DNA of 64,000 bases from NCBI GenBank assembly GCA_040954595.2, contig CM082594.2, positions 6,271,962 to 6,335,961 of the forward strand, read 5' to 3'. The stretch's first letter is position 1. Each line of letters begins with the position of its first letter. Shown piece by piece: positions 14,401 through 43,200 of this stretch. A program made the translations under genes and the position numbers. This DNA is from Balanoglossus misakiensis. Its lineage: Eukaryota; Animalia; Hemichordata. A model generated the notes under the pieces. The model searched no databases, was not told the DNA's origin, and saw only the letters and a list, made by a program, of their open reading frames with translations.

Positions 14401-14669
14401 TTCTTTGCCGCCCCCCCCCCCCCCCATGTTTATGTTTATCTCAGTTTTTGCGACCATCTGGGGTATTTTATTTCTCTTCTACCTGAACATTGTATGGTCA
14501 ACTGCTTTTCAAATAAAAATTACTTTGAGGCGTGGTGAAATAAAATAAATTTTATTATGATTTCCGATTTCTACAGAAGTACAAACAATATTACCGGTGA
14601 ATTGGTTATAACGGGAAAAGTTTTTTTACGCAAGTATATAAAACTAAATACAGCTATTGTTCAACAAAA

Positions 14670-14915
14670 GAAAGCCTTCTTCAAGGCGGTAAAGCAATGC
14701 ATTGTAATCACGACAAAGATTTCGTGCCGCCAGACATAGAGACCACATGACCCATTGGTCTCGATAAAAAAGAACACAGGACAGTCACGCCACCGAACAT
14801 CCTTTATGCTGTTTAAGGATTCGACGCCCTGTTTTATTGAACCCCAATGTGTATCACTGCATGAGAATACTGCTGAGACCGTAGCAACACACTGTGAGTG
14901 TGAGATCGGATTGTG
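14670..14915 (+). mobile_element. Possible degraded SWIM zinc-finger ORF fragment of a DNA transposon
   Basis: Translations RPHDPLVSIKKNTGQ and QCVSLHENTAETVATHCECEIGL* resemble the PH.PWV....G.V..AHC.C.AGL motif of transposon-associated SWIM proteins. Stops are present and the match is by eye only. Confidence 0.3.
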
Positions 14916-17557
14916 ATCAATGATCGTATATACAATGATATCATCTACCAAAGTCGCTGCTACTGTGTTATGTACATGCCAGGGTGTTTGTATCGTACTG
15001 ACAATAGCAACACGTATATCCACGTGTAGAAAAAGAAAAGAAAACGCCATTATATCAAAACTGTGGTAGACAGATTGGGAAAGTCAACTTATATAACTGA
15101 ATACAACTTTGTGAATTGTAACCCCTTCTCATGGAAGACTGTCAACAACCGACCGTCGAATTCGAAGCAAAAACTAATTTAAAAGTGATTACTTTGGACA
15201 AAAAGTTTCTGTATGATTTCGTCATTCTAAATGTCAGCGCACAGGGATAACTACAGTTTCTATAGTTAATTTATAGGGTTTGTGTATACGTGGGTTTTCG
15301 TAATTGTCTCTTTACGATAAGATCAACTCAAATATACATGTAAATTGATACGTACAGTTTCATCTCTGAGTGCATCCTTATCAATATTTTAAAAATTGCT
15401 AGCAGCTTTTGCGAAATCAACAGCTGCGCCAGCAAATGATCATAACTCAGTTTTGTACGTAAAATCTGGTAAATAGTAGACACTTAAAATTCACCCAAGG
15501 CTAAATAATCCAACGTATATGTAAGTGAAAAACGCTGCATAGATAAACCTACTTTATTAAGTTTATTTCTTAATATTCATGAAATATACATATGTGTTTA
15601 TTAATTCTAATTTAAAATTATGAAAACAGCAGCTGGCGCCTGATGAAACCAGTAGATTCAATATCATATTTTTATGTGCAAGTGACACATCTGTGAAATA
15701 TTGAAAGGGCATTTTCACAAGTAAATTGCTTATTAAACTTGAACTTGAGCAGAGAGCTGAGAGGTTGAAAATCGACGCGAGCTCGACACACATCAGATTA
15801 CTGATTTTGTGACAAGAAATCACAAAGGGATACAGCCTTAACTGTTGAGGTTTTGACTGGTGACAGTCAGTGAATAAGAATTTAGTGGCAGATTGCATTT
15901 GTGGCGTGACATTGTGAAGTTTGTTTTTTTGCTTTCCAGGAAGGGTCCTTAGAAGACACTCCATTCGTTGGATATATAGGATCATCAATGTAGCAAAGAA
16001 CTTTTAAGAAGACTTCAGCGAATGACCACCTGTGTGTGTTTTTCGACTCGCTATATCGAATATGCAACATTTGGCACTCATATTTACAGTTAGTTATATT
16101 TTATTTTTTATTTGCAACACACTGCGTTCTAAACAGAAAGTCAAATGAAAACATTTGTTTTCAGAATTGCTCTTCTTTATCTGAAACATGGTTTCTTGAC
16201 ATGTTCGGTAAAGTTAAGCAAATCTCGATCTCCAGTAACTGTCTGAGGGCGCTCGTTTGTACAATATAAACTTCAGTATCGGCCTACAAAACTCTTCAGG
16301 TCTCTTCTAATTATTATCACAGTACCCGTTATAGCGTCGACCAATCTATAAATTTTGCAGGAACAGTTCACGTGCTTTGAAACTGGTTCAGATTTGCTCC
16401 GTAGAAAGAACGATGTAATAACTGTATAAATTAGTGTGATTTATAAACGCTCTTGCAGCCGAGGTATTTTCTTATTCTGGCTTTGGTGAACTATGGTCTA
16501 ACTCATAAACAAATCTTTGAAGTGTGTTACTATGCCCCCATTAACTACATACTTGATAATTTACACTGTGTTTTGGATTTAATCAGTTTCCTGAGCAGAG
16601 AACTTCTTTAATTCTTCACAATCTAGGCTTGGGGTGTTTCAGGCTTGGTGCTACAATGTTAAAATGCACGTTGTTACCATGTGGTCTAGTCCTCCTTGAC
16701 ATTTGATAGAATTGGTCAGTGTTTGACGTTCAAGTATATTCAGAGTTTCCAAGTAAAAGCAATTTATCTCATTGCAGTGATGACGCTTGATGACTAGTCT
16801 CTGGAAGCCACTCATGTGTCAATGGCGGTCTATCCAGATTGAAGTTGAATGGCAGCGCAAGTGTTTAGACTGGCGTAGGCCGATGCTACTCGCGTCTGAA
16901 TTACATCCGTTGCCTGGGAAACGAGGCAGCAGTAGCCAACATCTGGCTGTGTTTTTGGGATGGCAAGGGATGCTACCTGATGGTAAGTTGAAGACTCGTC
17001 TATTCCGGTACTTTATTGATCTCGAGGTATCGAGTAGAAAATAAAACCACTTGAATCAAACAGTTCATTGCCCGAACCGTACAATTGAAGTGATTTCGAT
17101 TGGTATCTTCTCAGGGTCCACTGAAGAGCGAATGACGTGGTTTGGCCGAGGAACATTATCAACAGATGGACATTCGTGGCCAGCCCTTTTCAAATGAAGT
17201 TAACTTCCTAATACTCGGTGAGTAACCCCCTATTATTTAAGTTATAAAACTAAGCTATATAAAAGTAATGTATTTGATATAAAAGTTTGTCTAAGGTAAG
17301 GCTGTAGGTAATTTTATTCTATAATATCTATTTCAGAAGATGATAACTGTCGAAAGATAAGTTGTCGGTTGTGGTGTGTTTTAACCAGAGATAAAGTGGA
17401 TTGTGGAGTTTCCCCTTGCAATTCAACATCTTGAGACTGAAAATACCAGGACATGTATGGAAAGCAAGACAGCGATGGGATTGGAATTACATTTGCCCCA
17501 AAGTGGTCATCATTGCACCTCCAATTGATGTTTTACTTTGTAGGTAAGTTTGTTATA

Positions 17558-17724
17558 TACTGTAAAACACTTTATTTTCGCGAGTTAAATTTTTCGCGAT
17601 ATCGAGAGAGGCCACTGTTTCGCGAGTATTAATTTTGGCGTTCTCTTATTTCATTCACTGCTATTTTGGCTCTCGCGTATTTGGTGAAAATTAATTGCTC
17701 GCGAAAATAAAGTGTTTTACAGTA
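17558..17724. mobile_element. MITE with perfect terminal inverted repeats and TA ends
   Basis: tactgtaaaacactttattttcgcgag ... ctcgcgaaaataaagtgttttacagta is a 27-bp perfect inverted repeat including the flanking TA. No ORF. Confidence 0.85.
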
Positions 17725-17729
17725 TTAAT

Positions 17730-17966
17730 GTTATGACGCCTTCTGCGTCAGCGCACTACATCTGACCAACTCCCATAGAAGCTCCCATTCAAAAACCCTG
17801 GCTTTACTGGGCCAGTAAACCAATCAGAAGGGTCCTTATAGAGAACGATAGGTCTCTGTCAGTGTAGATTGACGTAACGTGCAATCTGATTGGCCTGGCC
17901 GCAACAGGAGATTGAATGGGATCTCTTATGGGAGTTGGTCAGATGTGGTGTGAGGCGACAGCATAA
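17730..17966. mobile_element. Palindromic non-autonomous element (long imperfect inverted repeat)
   Basis: The left arm cactacatctgaccaactcccatag...cccattcaa...ccaatcaga pairs with the right arm tctgattgg...ttgaatggg...tatgggagttggtcagatgtggtg. Confidence 0.75.
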
Positions 17967-18283
17967 GACTACCACACCGCAGATTGGTGCGTGGTATGAT
18001 ACTTGCGTGCGCTTCAGCTTCAAGTCAACTGTTCGTTTACCTGAAGGAGCTAGAGCTGAGGTCAACGTTGACAGCATTATTTGCATTGCAACGTTTACGT
18101 CAGATATAGTTTCTGCTTTTTGGTATCACTCCGGAGTTCATCACGGTCAGCTTTTGGATGTGGAGAATCATCGCCTCGGATCATCGTTGCGCCAGTAAAA
18201 TACGGGTGCAGTTGACAACACTTTGATTCAACTCAAATGCATAATGTGATGCAATTGCAATGTGAACTACAGGTAAGGGCAAA

Positions 18284-18479
18284 ACTGTAAAACGGAAAAT
18301 ATTTGCAAAAGTAAATTTTCACGATATCGAAGAGGCAACTGTTACGCGACGATTAATTTTCACGTTCTCATATTTTACGGCATCGTTATCTCCAAAAAAC
18401 ATTTTTTATTTTCGCGTTTTTTTTGCTCTCACGTAATTTGTGAAAATTTATCATTCGCAAAAATTTTCCGTTTTACAAT
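18284..18479. mobile_element. Second, diverged copy of the 17558-17724 MITE family
   Basis: Ends are actgtaaaacggaaaat ... attttccgttttacaat. The shared internal sequence is cgatatcga-agaggc-actgtt-cgcga-attaatttt. Confidence 0.75.
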
Positions 18480-21062
18480 TTTAGACTTTGCGAGCGATGG
18501 TACTTAAGCGTGTGCTTTGAGAATCCCAGCCTGTGCGTGACATGGCTAGCCTCTTAAAGGACACGTTGTATCACTTTTTCTTGTACGTCTCAGCCAATCA
18601 CAAGTACTGTATAATGCGTAGACAGAACATAGTTTAACTCACAGTCCCTGGGGAGGGACTGTTTTACTGTAATGTTTATATTCCTGACTAGAAATCTCCT
18701 GTTATTTCTCATATAATGTGCGTTACAATACGCAAGATGTATTCCACCAATGTCTTTGAGTGCTGGTAATTTGGAGTAAAGATTATCAACACATTGGCCC
18801 CTGTTTAAGTGCATGGTACTGGGTCATGCCATTACTGCAGCTATTCAAATAACCATACACTAACTGCAATGCAGAAGTTGAAGCAGAGACTAGCCCAGAT
18901 CTATAATCAAGAACCGTTGCACTATTAAAGCAGCTAGGACTTACCTCACACTCCCCGAAGTATTCCCAGGCCGCGAGTTTCTGATTCATGTAATAACCGT
19001 CTTGAGTTCGGAAAGAAAACCATATCCACATCCATACCACAGCTAGAGAACTATACTCGGCATCAAGGCATACCAGTGAAATTTATGTCCACTCTGACAT
19101 GAGGCGCATGAAAAATGGACCCCCTTTGTAACCTTTCCTGTTGTCGCCCATTTTCTATTCAATTATATGCCTGCCAGCCAACTAAAAAAGTAAACACGAC
19201 GAGAATTCCATCTGCCGAGCCGCATATTAGCAGTAATAGACAGGAGGGTTGGTGGCAATACTTTAGATTGGCATTTCCAAGTAGCCAGCTCTCGGAATCA
19301 CTCCCAAGAATGCGATTCCTGATTTCTGGCCAAGAGCAGGCAATCGTTTCCTAATCAGGTTATTCGGTTAAGATAAATGTTGTGCAAGCTAACAGCCTCT
19401 TGGGCTGTGTCACTTGAGGGCTGAATTTGATTAAAGTTAAAATAGCATTGACGATCAAATGACCCCTGCGCACGGTGGCCAGGGAGATTTATTGAAAACT
19501 TAAAGGTTCCGTGTTAAAGAGAAAGGTTCCATGTTAAAGAGATAGTGACATCCAAATGAAGTACTTGTATAATCTTTTTGATAATATCGAGTAACTAATC
19601 TAAGTACGCTAGGATAGTTCTGTTGCTGTGGAATATAGCTGCCTGAATTGTGTTGTCAGGCCAAGTACGTCAATTAACTGACAATCTCTTGTGTCACCTC
19701 TAAGCCTGGTGTTATATAGTCTGGTGTCACAATACATGGTTTGCTGTTAGATTTGACATGCACTTTCTCCCCTCCACATTGTAGACAACATCATAATCCA
19801 GTACAGAATACTCTGTCTTACAATTTGATTAAAGTTTTCTCTGTCCCTTGACAGAGGGCGCAAGTAAACAAACATCATCTGCAATATGCAAGGAATGAAT
19901 TATTATCAACAACGCCCCCAACAGTGCAGTCAGTATCACTGCAAGACCAAGCTGTATTGAGACCGTCGATGTACTGGTAGATAATAAAGAGGGGGATAAA
20001 ATGAGTATTCCTCCTTGATTAAACCATTCGTTACACTAAACAGGAACAACTTGAGTTTTCTCGAACGATGGCCTGATTTTTCTGTCAAATACTAAGGGAA
20101 GAGCGGACGTGCGATATTAATTGGAGCATATACCCTGGGGCGAAAACAGTCTGTTGTGGATTACTGTTTTAATTCCTGTAATCCTAAAGTGAGAAACAAG
20201 TTCTTTAATTTGGTCCTGATTCTGGGTACTGGTACCAGAAGACACTGACAACAACTTAGGTCTGTTTATTTGTACACGTGCATCAGCTGCACAGCTGTGC
20301 CCAGCAGGGGGGCACAGTGTTTTGAAATTATAACAAAGTATCGACTCTGAACTGCAGGCGGATGAAAACTGAGAGGTTAGAATCACAGCGGAAGTGCGTC
20401 ATTCAGTGTACCGTGGGCACTTCTTACTTCCCACGATTGAAAAGAGGCATTCGATGTTTTGACTGTAGTCCGGTGCCTTTGGTGTCTGTGTGGGTAGGGT
20501 GAGATGTAATATAGACAGCATTCAAGGGAAAAGGAAACTAAGGAGGTGTTTTTACTGTCTGTGTACATTAACAAGATGGGTCTTAAATGTCCACATTGGA
20601 GTTACATGTACTCTGTTAACCTTGGATGACGAAAACTTTTCTGTTTTTTCGTTGAGTTCACTGCTACCAGTAAGTGCTTCAATGACACTTAGCAACTTGT
20701 GGCTATTTCATACAAGTTCTTTTGTTTTTATTTTAATTTGAAGTAAGAATGTCTCTGTCAGTGTGGAGATCCAGATGACATACTGTTTCCTGTTCCAATG
20801 CCTTATCACTGATCAATACGTGAGTTACTCCAGTAAAATTTCACTTACCTATTTGCACTTAAAAATCACATTTCCTAGCCAATACACAGATGATATATAC
20901 TAACATTTAAAATCCTGGCCACAGGGAGACACTGTCAATGATATAGCCAGTGACACACGTCAGAAGTGTACATAGGGGGCGTCCTATATCAATAATGAAG
21001 TCTACTCAAACAATGCACTCTGAAACCCAGAGCAATGCATTTGTAACATTAAGAGCTCAAAA

Positions 21063-21068
21063 TTTATT
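21063..21068 (-). promoter_or_regulatory. Candidate polyadenylation signal (AATAAA) for gene B
   Basis: tttatt on the plus strand, about 1.5 kb past the stop in AT-rich sequence. Other candidates exist. Confidence 0.3.
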
Positions 21069-22534
21069 TATAATTATACATATTACAACTTGACCCATTT
21101 ACAAATATAGTGGATAATATCGTACAAATGTACAAAATCTTCACTGTGTGTATCTTTCCAGAAATATGTTGAAAGTATAGTCGCTAAGAAGAAATTAGCT
21201 GATGAGCAAACTATTACAGACAAATCTGTAGGAAGTGACCGTAATAATTTCTCTGTATTTTATGGTTTACTGTGAGCGGTTGCTTCGGGTACTGTCTTCC
21301 ATTTGACGACTTTCTTTAAAAAGCGCACTTTAAAGTGTGAACTATAACATTTGGGATACAAATCGATTGAAATACTGATTACCAACCTTTGATGTAACCC
21401 GAAAATACATGTAAATACTGTTGAGATTCAGTTCATTGTGAATATATATATAGAATATGGATGAAGCTCGCTCCTTTAAATTTTTCATTCCCCCCCCCCC
21501 CACCACTCACTACAGTAAAAGCTTAGGGAAGTCACTGTGCTGAGCAGTAGCTAATTTTGTCGGAGCACCGAACATTTTTGCCACAATGGAATGAAACATA
21601 TTTTCGCAATGTTTTCACTGTTCATCATATTCTGGTGATACAAAAAAACGTCTGATAGTTTGTATGTTAGAGCACCTTTAATTCAGATCGTTTCAGGGAC
21701 TCCTCTGGCTTGTATGTCTTCACCTGAGCCCGAATGAATACTGACACTTCCAGAAACCCGTATTGTTTGATCAAACCACATCTCGCATTGTTAAATGCGA
21801 GATCTCGTATTGTCCCCTTGAAGAGCACGAACTTCAAGAACCCAGGACTTTGTAATCGCATACATGTACTCAGAAAAATGATGCATTTAATAAAACAAAT
21901 ATTCCTTTTGTATTCTCTGAATTGTTTAAAATTTCCGATAAAATATAAATACACTGTATTCACTTATGTTGCCATTTGAAGCATAGCCCAACTCCTATGA
22001 CAATAATGTACAATTGGTTCTTTTCGGAAAACATGAATAACTATATGAGACCCCAGGTTGGTTTCATATTCCAGACATGCCTCTAACTGGCTCTGAGATA
22101 TACCATCTGTTACAGGTTCTGAGAAGTTGGACCAAGTCTATAATTGTAATGATAGGCCTAAACTTGGCCTGATGGTACAGGACTGTGTCCAGTGGTGTAA
22201 TTTCTGCCTGTGTCATGATCTGTGAACACAGGACTACTGTGATGTTATCTGGTGAATTGTGGTCCACAGGATGTGTGTGTGAACAGAGCTGTATACCCAG
22301 TGGCCAGTTTGCATGTCCTCACAGCACTGTACACAGTCCTGTCCAGCAGCCCCTATTACAGCCATGTGCCGTCTTAAATTGCTGGAGATTTTTCTTGTGT
22401 AGTCGCATGATTTGAAATATGTATAAAAATTAGCAATATTCCCTGAATTAATTAGTCTCTTGTGGTTGAAAAAATAATAAATAAAGTTTTCGCTCTTTAC
22501 AAGATCTCACGTAAAGCCGTGAGATCTCCAGTCG

Positions 22535-39651
<17,117 letters not shown>

Positions 39652-40333
39652 CTGAAAATCAACAGGAAGAGATAAAACGATCTTAAATGTTTTTGGTATA
39701 ACATTTATTGTGTCCCATATTTACGGATCGCCCGTATACAGCTCATTTTCATCATAAGATTAATTTGGAACCCCAAAGATGGCGCCCTTAAGTGTTGACT
39801 TCAAAAAGTTATTGATTCAAGTCGTCTCAACATTACTTAAGATCGGATACTCGACTTTCTCAAGATGAACAGTATGTTGGGTTCCCACGCGCAGGCTTTC
39901 TTCGAGGAGAAATAATGGCTTTGAAAAACAAGTATCGCAACGTTAAACATTCTTTTATTGATCATTGGTGAAATTGAACCTCTCTGGAAAATCATTGTTG
40001 TTAAACAGCTTCACAGGTCACTATAATTCAACGCCCTGTATATTTCGTAATTTCAAAAGTTCCACAGCAAAGATGGTCCGTTATCAAGTGAACTAAGTGC
40101 GGCTAGTTTCGCTTCCCTGGGCCTTGCGATTCAACCGTGAGGAGCAGATACGCTTCGCACTTGTGAAAAGCAATGAACCATAGGTGTTTTAAATGAACGT
40201 CGTAATAAATGCACCGTGAAGTTGTGGGCCTAATTAGGACCATTCACCATTCATCCGTGCTTTTATTCGCAAAACAGTTGTGAACTAGTTTACCACTGGA
40301 GGAGATTCGGTTTCAGCTGCTACGAGAGCATGC

Positions 40334-40528
40334 CATGTGGGTTTATATGGGGACAACTGCATATCATGGATTCATATGGAGACATCTGTATGTTATGTTG
40401 GTTCATATGGAGATAACCAGGTCATGTGGATTCATATGGGGCAACCACACATCGTGTGGGGTTTATATGGGGGAAAACCACACGTCATGTTGGTTTATAT
40501 GGGGTCAACCACGTGTCATGTGTGGTTT
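40334..40528. repeat. Minisatellite, about 6 degenerate units of about 30 bp
   Basis: The unit catgt(g/t)gg(t)t(t/c)atatgg(g/a)ga-aacca-... recurs in tandem. Confidence 0.85.
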
Positions 40529-42799
40529 GAACACGCACGTCCAACTAGTGGTCGGCACCAATCTGGTACGCAACGACACGAGGAGATCGCCTAATATGAT
40601 TTCTTGCAGTATTCATTGTACACACATGGCGGCCCTCCTAATTATCGTTTTTTGAAGGGGCGTACCAAATCCTGGCATTTGCGCAAATAGAAAATGAATT
40701 TGATCGTCGGGGGTTAATAAGGGCGCCGTTGTTGCTTCCCCCCTGGGTAAAGTGCTTGAAGCCATTCCACCCATTCGATTGAGGCAAGACGCACGCGTCA
40801 CGGTGACTTTAACAAAAAAAAGTAATACAAGCGCTGGAAATGCGATTCCAGATCAAAAGCCATGAGGGCAACTTCATAATTAATTTGATGGAAAGCTATC
40901 TCGGTGTACTTGCGCAAAATGACGAACTAAATACGTCTTCTCCGTGGCCCAATTCGAAATGCCAAGGTTGAAGTTAACTTTCATTGGCCTAAATAAATCT
41001 CGTTGGGACTCGGAAACTGGACTGTGCATCTCTGGGGAGTATGGAGGGAAATGTCATATGATGAGACTAGGAAAAAAGGGGTTGAAAAGAAATCTTGTGA
41101 ACCCGACTCCAATGTTAACATTCAATTTTAATGGGTGTTCTTTGCATTGCTACGAAGAAGGCTTGTCAGATAGACAAAGTTCAACGTCATAGGAATAACC
41201 AGAATTTTTTTTTTAAAGTGCCGTTGATTGACGTAGGAATTTAACTACCCGGAATGCGAGTGTTCACACCTCGAGAAATGCAAACACCTCTTGACCAATT
41301 AGCTCAGAAATGGTTGTTGTTTCCGTGTATTTTGCTGTGATTATTAACATGATCGGATTTGCTGTACCCTACACTTCCACTTTTGTAATTACAGAGGCAT
41401 CTCCTGGCATTGTTAGAAACTTACAGACTGCTTAATTCGCTTTATGTTCACTTTCCGGATTAGCTTATCATTTCTTCTAGAGCCCGTCAGATGTTAATGA
41501 ATATGGCTGAGTTTGAAAACAAAACCAGAAGCAGAAGGCCTGGTTTCTCAGGAAATGGTTTTTAAATTACCCTTATGATTCTTGCGTTATTATGTTACAA
41601 TAATCTTATCTCCGCGATAGTCAGCGTGACGCCTATATTACACTGTAAGTACATGTTTTTTGGATCATGTCCCTCATCGTTTTTGCACCATCAAAGACAC
41701 CGAAGTTGGAGCCTAGTAAGCAATCAAACGGTTCTGCATAAATACCTTGGCCATAAAATGAAGAGTTTATAGTGTAGTGATGCTAGATAGCAGATGTATT
41801 CAACGGAGCACATTCCTTCAGCATCTGTTAATGGTGACAAAAATGATTATATAGTTTCGTTCGTGTAGCTACAATGCAAAATGGAATCTTTGGAGTGAGA
41901 CATGGCTTATCAACACTAAAGCTAGTGAGGCAGAGATTCTAGTTGTAGTCGTGGGTTGGTTAGATCGATGATGCATATACCGGTAGAGATGTTACTCAAA
42001 TGAGGAGTGACAGCGTTTCTGGATTTGAATCACAACAGTAATTTTGTGTTTACACCACATTACACTTGAATTTGTCACCTTTGGCCAGTCTTGACATGTG
42101 TACAGGATGCTGACTGGGTTTGCTTACCCATTCTGGAAACCTGGTACCGCCACTTAGCATGGTGCAAGATGACCCTATCGTAAAACATCATTTTTTGAAT
42201 TTTTCTTGGATCTGGTATCGACTTGTATTTTACAGGATTTGAACTCAGACCTGCCGCTCCAAATAACAAAACCACTCATTGTTATCAATGTCTTAATTTC
42301 GCGAAGTCATTTTTTTGTGAAAGTAAGAAATACAACAACTGACAATTGATTTGTCCTCTTCCTACTTCCATGAGTTGTTTAGTGCAAACGGCAATCGTAC
42401 TTAAGGTAAACATTTACTTCCATTATTTATAAAGACAAAATACAATAATAGAAGATGACCTTTTCTATCACCAAACAATCTGCTGCTTATTAGCAGTCTT
42501 TGAATTTTATCTGTCGCTGCCGCAAGTAATCTTTTGAATTATATATACTTGTTCGGGTATATTTAATACTTTATTATCAATTACTAATACAGGTGCTGAA
42601 TAAATAATTGTATAACCTTTGCTGCTGCTGTGTTGCTTGTTTACAGTCGTACCAACTGCCGAAATGAACATTTTGTTATTTCATAAAGAAGAAGGCATTC
42701 TGTCATTTTGCACGAAGATAACGCGTGGTACTGCCGCCAAGCACGGCTGTAAAGCGGGGGTTTGTACGAGTACATAGTCTGTATTTCGAACTTAAATAC

Positions 42800-43200
42800 T
42801 CTTGTTCACCTTTGCGTGAAGAAAAGGCAAAGCATTGCATGGATACATTTCACCTTTCGGAGCAAGACTGTCCCCAGAGCGTCGGAGGAAGAGTAGAGGT
42901 TATTGAAGGAGAAAAAAGGAGCGAAATCTCGGAGTCTCATTCGTTTCGCAGCATAACCGGTGGCAGCTCACTGAGAAGCTAAACCCACCTGCCGTACGGC
43001 ACTGCTCCGATGAAGTAGGCAGGGAAGCAATCTCAGACTGGGCGGGGATAAATAGGTTGACACACACATTTCGCTAGGACAGAACATGTGACCTGGCACG
43101 CCCTCCGGCCCGAGTTTCAACAAACGGTGCGCCGCGCGCCCGGCAGGCAAAGACATTGACGGGACTGCATGGATAAATCAGATGATTGGGACCAGCAGGA
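42800..43200 (+). mobile_element. Possible decayed LINE RT fragment
   Basis: GC-richer island. The translation AISDWAGINRL resembles the RT W...N.L.LN motif, but the match is weak. Confidence 0.2.

Noticed and set aside
16776-16900. Possible C/D-box snoRNA (GTGATGA ... CTGA)
   Set aside because: There is no convincing terminal stem or recognisable guide. The C-box overlaps a splice acceptor that explains the sequence better.
40334-40528. Regularly spaced ~30-bp repeats superficially like a CRISPR array
   Set aside because: The units are contiguous and degenerate with no unique spacers. There are no cas genes and the context is a eukaryotic intron.
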